Under the pieces are notes generated by a model, which saw only the letters and a program-made list of their open reading frames with translations, was not told the origin of the DNA and did no database searches. From assembly GCA_963600795.1 (NCBI GenBank), contig CAVCDF010000108.1, positions 3,971 through 67,970 of the forward strand: a DNA stretch of 64,000 bases. The letters are read 5' to 3'. Every line of letters begins with the position of its first letter. The first letter of the stretch is position 1. A program made the translations under genes and the position numbers. Below are positions 53,875 to 62,651 of this stretch, in pieces. This DNA is from Anaerotignum sp. GTDB taxonomy: Bacteria > Bacteroidota > Bacteroidia > Bacteroidales > UBA932.

Positions 53875-56800
53875 ATGAATAAGTTGCTATACAAATCACT
53901 TGGATGTTGGCTCATCTTGGCAGCGGCTTTTCTGCCGGCACGGATGTCGGCGGAAGCACAAAAAGCCCCTGCCGCGGCGCAGCCGGCCACCGCAGCGCTG
54001 ACGACAGCAATGCAGCATGCCTCAACAGCACAATCGATGCCAACGGAACAGGGGATCCTGCTCACCGGAAGGGTGGTGGACACGGATGGCGAGCCGGTGA
54101 TCGGAGCCGGAATCGTGTCGGCGGAGAAGAAATCGGTCGGAACGACCAGCGACCTAGGCGGCAGGTTCAGCCTCAGGCTTCCGGAAGGGGCCAAGTCCGT
54201 CATCTTCTCCTCTGTCGGGATGAAAGAGGTTGTCTACAAGATAGTTCCGGGAAAGACCGAAGGCATCACCATCGTGATGGAATGGGAGGACAACCAGCTC
54301 GACCAAGTGGTCGTGACGGGATACGCCCAGACGACAGTCAAGAGGATCACCGGATCCGTGGCCGTGCTGGATTCCGACAAGTTCACCGCCAAAGCCATCT
54401 CATCGGTGGACGCCCTGATGCAGGGAGAGGTCGCCGGTGTGACCGTCTCGGCGACATCCGGACAGCCAGGCACCCAATCCACAATAAGAATCAGAGGAGC
54501 GAACAACATAAGCGGAAGCAGCCAGCCGCTCTGGGTGGTTGACGGAGTGCCGCTCCAGAGCGAATCCCCTTCCCTGACTTCCGAAGAGCTCGCCACCGGA
54601 GGCTTCGACAACATATTCGTGAACGGCATCGGCAACATCAATCCGAATGACATCGAGAGCATCACGATCCTGAAGGACGCGGCCGCGGCGGCCATTTACG
54701 GCTCGAGGGCGGCGAACGGAGTCATAGTCGTGACTACTAAGAAAGGCGAAGCCGGAAAGATGAGGGTCAGCTACAACAACACCTTCACCCTTTCGATCAA
54801 GCCGCAGCGTTCCCTGAACCTGATGGACTCCGCCGAGAAACTTGCCTGGGAGCAGGAACTCTGGGACGAGTTCTCGGCAGACAAGTACGCCGCCTCCCTG
54901 AAGGACAACACGGTGATCTACCCGGTCGTCGGCATTGTCGGCCAGATCAGGGCCGGAGTAGGGCCATTCGCCTCGATGAAGGGCGACACCGCCGCCCAGG
55001 ACGCCTGCATCACCTCCCTGCGGGATGTAGACACAGACTGGTACGGCCTGCTTTTCCGCAACGCCTTCTCGCAGGGGCACCACCTTTCGCTGAGCGGCGG
55101 CACCGAGAAGAACACCTACTATGTCGCGCTCGGAGTCAACGACGAGGACGGAATGCTGGTCCACAACGACTACAGGCGCTACAACGTCAACACCAAGATG
55201 ACCCTCAAGCCGACGGACTGGCTCAGGCTGGACCTCGGGATGGAGGCCGCCAGGCAGGAATCCAAGATGCCTACCTCGACCGTGGACCCGTTCCTCTACG
55301 CCTACTTTTCGAACCCTTACGAGAAGGCCTACAACGAGGACGGATCCTACGCGGCGGACAACACTTGGTTCACCCTGGGCTACTACAACGGACGCGGAAT
55401 TCAGGAGGTGATGCCTGAGAACGGCTTCAGCATCCTCCGCGAACTGGACTCCAACTACAGCGAGACCCGCAACACCAACGGCACCGTCAGGGCGCAGGCC
55501 GACTTCAGGATAGCCGAGCCTCTGCACTTCGTCGGACTCGCATCCTACTCCTTCGCCAACAACGCCACCGACAAGGTGGTGGACAAGTACACCTACACAG
55601 CCTTCAAGGACAGGCTCGGCAACGACGACCGTTCCACGACCAACCTCTACGGCAGCATAGCCCAGAACCGCACCAACCGCGACAGCTACGTGGTCCGTGG
55701 CCATTTCGCCTTCAACAGGACCTTCGGCGATAAGCACACTGTCAACGTGCTGGCGGGAGCTGAACTCCGCGGCGCCAACTCCAACACGATCTTCACGAAG
55801 CGCTACAACTACGACCCGAAGACCGGCACGACCTCCCTGCCCGCCATCAGCGGCACCACGGACGACTGGGTCTCCGACGTCGAGAAGCTGAACGGTGAAT
55901 ATTACAGCAAATCCCGCTACGCGTCTTTCTACGCCTCGGCGGACTACTACCTCGGAAAGACAATCGTCCTGAACGCTTCGTTCAGGACCGACGGAAGTTC
56001 CTACTTCGGAAGCAACCGTCAGTTCAACCCGACCTGGAGCGCCGGAGCGGCCTGGCACCTGGGCGAGGAGGACTGGATGAAACGGTCGCTGCCGGCCGTC
56101 TCCCACGCCACGCTCAGAACCGCCTACGGCTTCACCGGCGACATCAACACAAGCACCTCCCACCTGCTCGTGATGGAATATCTCCAGCAGCAGTACCGCT
56201 ACTTCGGGGACAACACCTACAGCCTCGGCACGGTCACCTCGGCCCCGAACCCGGACCTCGGCTGGGAAAAGACCCGGGACGCCAAAATCGGGCTTGACTT
56301 CGGACTGTGGAAAGACAGGCTGACCGTCAACTCCGAGTACTACTACAGGCTCAGCACCGACGTGGTGGCCTCATCCTATGTGCAGAGCACGACCGGGTTC
56401 AGCTATGTCTATTTCAATTCGGCCGACATAATGAACAGCGGAGCGGAGGTCACGGTGAACGGGAAGTTCCTCCAGACGAAGGACTGGAGCCTCGGAGCGG
56501 CCGTGAACTTCGCCTGGAACTACAACAAGGTCCTCAAATACACCCCTTCCTCAAGCAGCGGAATATCCTCGAAGGACCGCTACGTGGAGGGTTATCCGAC
56601 GGGAGCGATCATCAGCGGAAAATATGCAGGAATAGCCTCGGACACAGGACTTTATCAGTTCAAGCTCCGTCCCGACGCAGAGATTTCCTCGGCCACCGAC
56701 CTCAACAAGGCCGACAACTACAGGTACTATCTCGGCACGACCATAGCCCCGTACACCGGAGGCTTCAACCTGACGGCCTCCTGGAAACAGCTCAAGCTGA

Positions 56801-57303
56801 GCGTCAACGGAGTGGTCTCTCTCGGCTCGAAGACCTACGAGAAGATGCGCTTCCCGGCCGGCTACTCGAGCTGCTCGCATTCGGGAGTCAGCACCGAGAC
56901 CGTCCAGTCGCAGTTCAGCGACCTCTACGGCAACCATCTCAATGTCGAGAAGGACAGAACTTCCAGATGGACGGCCGAACACACGACCGGGGTCAAATAC
57001 CCACGCATCTACGACTACTTTGACGCGAAGTACAACTTCTCGTCCTACTATCCGATGGACTACAAGATCGTCGACGCCGTGTACCTGAAGAACAATTCCT
57101 ATGTCCGCATAAAGTCCATCATCCTGACATATTCCCTGCCCGGCGATGCGGTCAAGAAACTCAGGATGAGGGGCCTCAGCTTCAACCTTTCACTGAACAA
57201 CTTCTTCACGTTCACTGAATATGACGGGATGGACCCGGAGGTTCCGGGGGCCACCTACCCTACAACAAGAAGCATGTCCGGAGGCATAAACGTAGAATTC
57301 TAA
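53875..57303 (+). CDS. SusC/RagA TonB-dependent transporter
   Basis: Signal peptide, N-terminal extension (GRVVDTDGEPVIGA), TonB box LDQVVVTGY, plug motif LKDAAAAAIYGSRAANGVIVVTTKKG, terminal Phe. Confidence 0.95.
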   Translation: MNKLLYKSLGCWLILAAAFLPARMSAEAQKAPAAAQPATAALTTAMQHASTAQSMPTEQGILLTGRVVDTDGEPVIGAGIVSAEKKSVGTTSDLGGRFSLRLPEGAKSVIFSSVGMKEVVYKIVPGKTEGITIVMEWEDNQLDQVVVTGYAQTTVKRITGSVAVLDSDKFTAKAISSVDALMQGEVAGVTVSATSGQPGTQSTIRIRGANNISGSSQPLWVVDGVPLQSESPSLTSEELATGGFDNIFVNGIGNINPNDIESITILKDAAAAAIYGSRAANGVIVVTTKKGEAGKMRVSYNNTFTLSIKPQRSLNLMDSAEKLAWEQELWDEFSADKYAASLKDNTVIYPVVGIVGQIRAGVGPFASMKGDTAAQDACITSLRDVDTDWYGLLFRNAFSQGHHLSLSGGTEKNTYYVALGVNDEDGMLVHNDYRRYNVNTKMTLKPTDWLRLDLGMEAARQESKMPTSTVDPFLYAYFSNPYEKAYNEDGSYAADNTWFTLGYYNGRGIQEVMPENGFSILRELDSNYSETRNTNGTVRAQADFRIAEPLHFVGLASYSFANNATDKVVDKYTYTAFKDRLGNDDRSTTNLYGSIAQNRTNRDSYVVRGHFAFNRTFGDKHTVNVLAGAELRGANSNTIFTKRYNYDPKTGTTSLPAISGTTDDWVSDVEKLNGEYYSKSRYASFYASADYYLGKTIVLNASFRTDGSSYFGSNRQFNPTWSAGAAWHLGEEDWMKRSLPAVSHATLRTAYGFTGDINTSTSHLLVMEYLQQQYRYFGDNTYSLGTVTSAPNPDLGWEKTRDAKIGLDFGLWKDRLTVNSEYYYRLSTDVVASSYVQSTTGFSYVYFNSADIMNSGAEVTVNGKFLQTKDWSLGAAVNFAWNYNKVLKYTPSSSSGISSKDRYVEGYPTGAIISGKYAGIASDTGLYQFKLRPDAEISSATDLNKADNYRYYLGTTIAPYTGGFNLTASWKQLKLSVNGVVSLGSKTYEKMRFPAGYSSCSHSGVSTETVQSQFSDLYGNHLNVEKDRTSRWTAEHTTGVKYPRIYDYFDAKYNFSSYYPMDYKIVDAVYLKNNSYVRIKSIILTYSLPGDAVKKLRMRGLSFNLSLNNFFTFTEYDGMDPEVPGATYPTTRSMSGGINVEF

Positions 57304-57319
57304 AGAGCCAGGAAAATCC

Positions 57320-58717
57320 ATGAAAAGAACAAGAATATTCATAAAGCCAGTCGCTTGGGCGGCGCTACTTCTAGCCGCCGCAGGCTGCTCCGGCTACCTC
57401 AGCGTCAAGCCGCAGGGCGAAGTGATTCCTGAGACTGACGACGAGTTCGCATCCATCATCCACTACCGCCTGAGGCAGATCGAGGGCGGTGAGGATGAAT
57501 ATGTGGTCGGCAACATCGAGGCGATAGTGCATTTCGACGGGGTGGCCGACGACCTCGACGCCAACATCCGCAACAATGCCAACCTCCCGTCCTTCGCCGG
57601 CGACGAGATCAACAGCCGCCAGCTGGCCTACGAGAACGCCTGGGAGGTCGTCAAGGACTGCAACATCGTGATAGAGAACCTTGAGGGACGGGACACCGAT
57701 GTCGCCAGAGGGGCCCTCGCGGCGGCATATTCAATGAAAGCCATCATCTACTGCAACCTGCTGAGGGAGTACTGCCAGCCGTGGTCCGACTCGCAGGCTG
57801 ACGAACTGCCGGGCATCCCGATAGTGGACAAGTTCGACATCAGCGCCACCCCGGCCCGCGGCACGATGCGCCAGACCTACGACTATGCCAGGTCGCTCTT
57901 CTCTTCGGCGCTCGCCCTGGACCCGCAGGACCCGACCTACGTGTTCACCGAATGGATAATCAAGGGCTTCCAGGCGCGTCTCGAGTTCTGGTGCGGCCAG
58001 TGGGACAACGTCATCACCCTCTGCGAGGACATCCTCTCCGGCAGCGGCTACACCCTCACCCCAATTTCTGAATATGCCGACGTGATCAACGCCGAATATG
58101 ACACGAAGGGCGAGGTGATGGTCCGCTCGTACATCAACAACTCCTGCGACATGGCGTGGTACATCAACTATCTGAAGTCCTATATCGGCGCGCGCCCGGC
58201 CTGCGCCAGACTCATAAAGCTTTTCGGCGACGAACCGGAGAAGGATGTCCGCTATTCCTGCAGTTTCGACAAGAAGAGGATGAACGTCAAGAATCCTGTC
58301 TGCAGGCTCCGGCTTTCGGAGATAGTGCTGATGCTCTCAGAAGCATATTACCACAAGGGCGATGACGCATCCGCACTTAAACTGCTGAACGAATTGAGAC
58401 GCAACAGGATAGAAGGTGTGACCGACCTGACGGTGGATTCCCTGCCGGAAGTGCGGACCGGGGACAGGATCACGGTGGACTGCTACGGACAGCCGCTCAC
58501 TCCCCTTCTCCAGGCCATCTTCGACGAAAGGCGCAAGGAACTCTACCTTGAGAGAGACCGCTGGTTCGAGCTGAAGCGGAACGGAAGGCCGGAATGGTGG
58601 ATCATCAGCAACGGACTGAAATACACCACGAAAGAGTACCTCTACACCTCTCCGATCTCCAAGTCGGATGTGGACAGGAATCCGGAACTGGTACAGAATC
58701 CGGGCTACGTGTATTAA
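57320..58717 (+). CDS. SusD/RagB lipoprotein
   Basis: Lipobox AAGC; RLSEIVLMLSEA, LNELRRNR, ERRKELYLE..RWFELKR, QNPGY. Confidence 0.93.
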   Translation: MKRTRIFIKPVAWAALLLAAAGCSGYLSVKPQGEVIPETDDEFASIIHYRLRQIEGGEDEYVVGNIEAIVHFDGVADDLDANIRNNANLPSFAGDEINSRQLAYENAWEVVKDCNIVIENLEGRDTDVARGALAAAYSMKAIIYCNLLREYCQPWSDSQADELPGIPIVDKFDISATPARGTMRQTYDYARSLFSSALALDPQDPTYVFTEWIIKGFQARLEFWCGQWDNVITLCEDILSGSGYTLTPISEYADVINAEYDTKGEVMVRSYINNSCDMAWYINYLKSYIGARPACARLIKLFGDEPEKDVRYSCSFDKKRMNVKNPVCRLRLSEIVLMLSEAYYHKGDDASALKLLNELRRNRIEGVTDLTVDSLPEVRTGDRITVDCYGQPLTPLLQAIFDERRKELYLERDRWFELKRNGRPEWWIISNGLKYTTKEYLYTSPISKSDVDRNPELVQNPGYVY

Positions 58718-58742
58718 AATTTAATTACGGACTGTTAACAAA

Positions 58743-58958
58743 ATGAGTACAAAATCCAGGATAATTGCTATATTAGCGGCTGTGTTAGCTAGTGTAAACC
58801 TTTGTGGGTGTTCGTACAACGAACTTCCTCCAAAGACAAAGGACGCGGAAAGCTCCTATATCAAACCTAAAGGAGAGATTCCGACCGATGCGGAAAGAGA
58901 GGAAGTCAAGGCAATCAAAGCCGAGTACGAAGCGGCAATCAAGGATGCGGACAAGTAG
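58743..58958 (+). CDS. Small 71-aa lipoprotein in the SusC/D locus
   Basis: Basic N-terminus, hydrophobic core and LCG-C lipobox; A-rich start context 25 nt after susD. Confidence 0.75.
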   Translation: MSTKSRIIAILAAVLASVNLCGCSYNELPPKTKDAESSYIKPKGEIPTDAEREEVKAIKAEYEAAIKDADK

Positions 58959-59047
58959 TTCAGCTTACAATCTGAAACTAAAAAGCCCTTATTCAAGAAA
59001 ACAAGGCTGACAGAAGAACGGAAGAAACGTTAATTAGTAGTAAAACT

Positions 59048-60328
59048 ATGGTTAAAAGATTCATTGCTTTCGTGGCCGCGGCGATAGCGGCGGCCTCCGC
59101 TTTCTCTTCCTGCGACAAGGAGGACAAACCGGCCGTCGAGTTCGAGAAGAGCTTCTACACCGTCCACGCCCAGCGCAGCGTCGACGTGACCGTCGTGCTG
59201 AGCGAACCTGCCGCCGCCGACATCTCAGTCGGAATCACGGCGACCGGAGCCGCTTCAAGTTCCGACTATGAACTCTCAGGAGTTCCAGTCACCGTGAAGG
59301 CCGGTCAGACCACCGGGACCTTCAGCGTGAAGAACCTCGGCCTCACCGAAGAGAAACAGCTCAAACTCAGCATCGTGGCTCCTTCAGGCTATGAGGCGGG
59401 AGCGAAGGAGATCACCGTCATCACTCCGGACCCGGAGGAGACGCTGGTATATTCATTCAAAGCCACCAAAGCCGAGGTGCTCGGCTCATACATCGCACAG
59501 ATGACGGTCACAGGCGTCGAGTCAGGCGAGGATCTCTCGCTGGGCAGCGATGTCGTCATTCCTATGTCCATCACCGGTGATGCCGCCAAATACATCGTGT
59601 ACGACACGACTCTCGGCGACGGGCCTTGCGCCGTGCTGCCTGCAGGAAAGCGCACCGCCAGCTTCAGTTTCTCGCTTTCCGAGGGGTTCACAGACGGTGA
59701 TGCAGTCAGCATAAGTGTGGATCTCGACAAGGCCGAAAGGTTCATTCCGGGTGACAACGAGACGCTTGCTCTCACGCTCTTCTCCGTCAACGTTCCTGAC
59801 AATCTCCTCGGCACCTGGACCTTCGACAAGGTCTTCGACGCCGACGAACTTATGATGTGGTTCGAGGAGATGGAGGACGATTCCGCCCTTCTTCCGTTGA
59901 ACAACACCGGCTTCACCCTGACCTTCACCAAGGACGCCGCAGGAGTCGTGACGGTCACGCCTAACGACAAGGGGGATTTCGCCAACTATTTCAGGGAGGC
60001 CACCGTCACCCCGACCGAGCCTAAGAACTACTCGTCCGAGGGCAAGGTCGTAGGCAAGAACGCTGTCGAGGAATGCACGATGTTTATGGCAGAGGCAGGC
60101 TTCGACGTGCACACCAACAGGTACTACAAGCTGTCGTCAGCCAACAGGGCGTTCAGCAAGACGAAGGAAAGCCTCGGCGAGGCCGTGGTGGTGTTCACCG
60201 TCATCGACGGCAACCTTGTGGTCGAGCTGCGCGACTACGACACCCCTCCGTTCGGAGAGAACTGGTGGAACGACGCGAAATTCGACGCGGACATGTTCGG
60301 TTTCGCTTCGCAGTTCAAGAAACAATAG
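59048..60328 (+). CDS. Surface lipoprotein with Ig/Calx-beta-like N-terminal domains
   Basis: Lipobox FSS-C followed by the acidic export-like signal DKED; V.LSEPA...A.SSDY...VTVKAG pattern. Confidence 0.75.
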   Translation: MVKRFIAFVAAAIAAASAFSSCDKEDKPAVEFEKSFYTVHAQRSVDVTVVLSEPAAADISVGITATGAASSSDYELSGVPVTVKAGQTTGTFSVKNLGLTEEKQLKLSIVAPSGYEAGAKEITVITPDPEETLVYSFKATKAEVLGSYIAQMTVTGVESGEDLSLGSDVVIPMSITGDAAKYIVYDTTLGDGPCAVLPAGKRTASFSFSLSEGFTDGDAVSISVDLDKAERFIPGDNETLALTLFSVNVPDNLLGTWTFDKVFDADELMMWFEEMEDDSALLPLNNTGFTLTFTKDAAGVVTVTPNDKGDFANYFREATVTPTEPKNYSSEGKVVGKNAVEECTMFMAEAGFDVHTNRYYKLSSANRAFSKTKESLGEAVVVFTVIDGNLVVELRDYDTPPFGENWWNDAKFDADMFGFASQFKKQ

Positions 60329-60376
60329 CATAATTTTCGCAGTCAAACGCATTCTTGCGAACATAATTGAACAGGA

Positions 60377-62635
60377 ATGTCTGAAGAATTGAATCTGGTT
60401 TCCGACCTGGCCGTTATACTCGTGGCGGCCGGGATTTTCACCATCATATCCAAAGCGCTCAAGCAGCCGCTTATCCTGGGCTACATCATAGCCGGTTTCA
60501 TCGTAGGGCCGCATCTCGGCCTGTTTCCGAAACTGACAAGCATGGAATCGGTGGAGCAGTGGTCGGAAATCGGCATCATATTCCTTCTCTTCGCTCTTGG
60601 ACTCGAATTCAGCTTCAAGAAGCTGCTGAAGGTCGGAAGCAGCGCCCTGATAATGGCCGGGGCCAAGTTCATAGGGATGTTCGTGCTGGGTATGATAACC
60701 GGCTACGCGCTCAGATGGAGCACGATGGAATGCATATTCCTCGGAGGCCTGCTCTCAATGTCTTCCACGACCATAATCATCAAGGCATACGATGAGATGG
60801 GGCTCAAGAAGAGTCCCCACGCTCCGCTTGTGTTCGGAACCCTGGTGGTGGAGGACCTGATAGCCATCCTGCTTCTCGTCCTGCTTTCCACGCTGGCCGT
60901 GTCCAACAAGTTCGCCGGCGGAGAAATGCTCTGGGGCATCTGCAAGCTTGTTTTCTTCCTTGTCCTGTGGTTCCTTGTCGGAATCTACATCATTCCTACC
61001 GTACTGAGAAAGGCGCACAAGTTTCTCAACGATGAAATCCTGCTCATAGTCAGCATAGGGCTCTGTTTCGCGATGGTTACGATAGCCAGCCTTGCCGGCT
61101 TTTCGTCGGCTCTCGGGGCTTTCGTAATGGGCTCAATACTGTCAGAAACAATCGAAGGGGAACACATAGAGCATCTTGTCAAGACCATCAAGGATCTCTT
61201 CGGAGCCGTGTTCTTCGTGTCAGTCGGAATGATGATGGACCCTGCTGTCATCATCGAGCACTGGGGGACGGTGCTGGTCATCACCCTTGTCACCATCATA
61301 GGCATAGTGATCTTCTCGTCAAGCGGAGTCCTGCTTGCCGGACAGGGACTGAAAAACGCGATACATTCCGGTTTCAGTCTTGCCCAGCTGGGCGAATTCG
61401 CCTTCATCATCGCAGGCCTCGGATGCTCGCTAGGAGTGATGCGTGAATTCATCTACCCGGTGATCATCGCAGTTTCAGTCATAACGACTTTCACGACACC
61501 TTACATGATCAAGGCAGCAGATCCTGTCACGGAATTCCTTGAAAAGAAACTGCCGAAACACATACTGGACAGGATCAATCCGGACCCGGCGGACAGAGCC
61601 GGAAAAAGTTCGGCCGCCGAAGAAAGCGAATGGAAGAGGCTTCTCAAAGCATATTTCCTCAGAATCGGCCTATACGGAATCCTCCTGCTTGCCATACTGA
61701 TCGGCTCGAAACTCTATCTTGAACCTCTGGTCACCAAGATTTTTCCGAAACTGGAAAACACTGTCGCCGACTGCCTTATTGTAGGCATAACCCTGGCGGT
61801 GATGGCTCCGTTCATCTACGGACTCAGTGTCAGCAGCGGCTCGATAAACGCCCCCGCCCGGAAGCTGCTTGGGGAGAAACCTTCCAACTTCTGGCCAATC
61901 CTCTTCCTGATGCTCATCAGAAGTTTCCTTTCCATCGCCTGCGTTCTTGAGGTGTTCATGACACATTTCAAGGTTTCAGGATGGTTCATCATCATTGTCA
62001 CGGCGGCGGGAATAATATTCTTCTACCTTGCAAGACGGTCGGCGCACCGATATTCCTCGATCGAGATGCGGTTCATGAACAACCTCAACCAGAAAGAGGA
62101 GATAGCGAGAAGCCAGGCCCCGGTCACGTCATCGATCCAGGACAAGCTGTCCGGCTACAATGTGCATCTCGCCCCGCTTGAAGTGTCGCCTGACTCAGAA
62201 TTCATAGGCAGGGAACTGCAGTTCATCCCGACAATCAGGGAAAGCGGCGTGAACATCATAAAGATCCAGAGAGGAACGCACAACATACTCATTCCGCAGG
62301 GCAAGGAACACATCTACCCTAACGACAGGCTGCTGGCCGTAGGCACAGACGAGCAGATAGCCTCGTTCGAGGAAGCGATGAACTCCTCGGTAAAAGCTGC
62401 GGACAACAGGGCGGACGACGAGTTCTCCGTGGAGAAGGTGGTTCTCGGCCCGGAATCCTACCTCACCGGCAAAGTTCTGAAGGAAATGAATATGCGCGCA
62501 GCCGGATGCATGGTCATCAGCGTCCTGAGAAACGGGAAGTTCGACACCAACCCGAAGGCTGACACAAGGTTCAGGGAGAACGATGTCGTCTGGCTGGCCG
62601 GAACCAAGGAAAGCTGCCGCTGGTTCGGCAAATGA
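60377..62635 (+). CDS. CPA2 cation:proton antiporter with two TrkA-C domains
   Basis: QPLILGYIIAG, LGLEFS, MSSTT, VVEDL, FFVSVG, QLGEFAF; two RCK-C-like repeats. Confidence 0.9.
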   Translation: MSEELNLVSDLAVILVAAGIFTIISKALKQPLILGYIIAGFIVGPHLGLFPKLTSMESVEQWSEIGIIFLLFALGLEFSFKKLLKVGSSALIMAGAKFIGMFVLGMITGYALRWSTMECIFLGGLLSMSSTTIIIKAYDEMGLKKSPHAPLVFGTLVVEDLIAILLLVLLSTLAVSNKFAGGEMLWGICKLVFFLVLWFLVGIYIIPTVLRKAHKFLNDEILLIVSIGLCFAMVTIASLAGFSSALGAFVMGSILSETIEGEHIEHLVKTIKDLFGAVFFVSVGMMMDPAVIIEHWGTVLVITLVTIIGIVIFSSSGVLLAGQGLKNAIHSGFSLAQLGEFAFIIAGLGCSLGVMREFIYPVIIAVSVITTFTTPYMIKAADPVTEFLEKKLPKHILDRINPDPADRAGKSSAAEESEWKRLLKAYFLRIGLYGILLLAILIGSKLYLEPLVTKIFPKLENTVADCLIVGITLAVMAPFIYGLSVSSGSINAPARKLLGEKPSNFWPILFLMLIRSFLSIACVLEVFMTHFKVSGWFIIIVTAAGIIFFYLARRSAHRYSSIEMRFMNNLNQKEEIARSQAPVTSSIQDKLSGYNVHLAPLEVSPDSEFIGRELQFIPTIRESGVNIIKIQRGTHNILIPQGKEHIYPNDRLLAVGTDEQIASFEEAMNSSVKAADNRADDEFSVEKVVLGPESYLTGKVLKEMNMRAAGCMVISVLRNGKFDTNPKADTRFRENDVVWLAGTKESCRWFGK

Positions 62636-62651
62636 TGTCCAGGCCAAGCGG

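Noticed and set aside
8170..56163. Long antisense or alternate-frame ORFs (e.g. 8170-9552, 14109-15116, 15195-16682, 28202-29692, 37396-38874, 47305-48438, 54400-56163)
   Set aside because: They lie opposite well-supported genes, have no recognisable motifs, and are the expected shadows of GC3-rich coding DNA.
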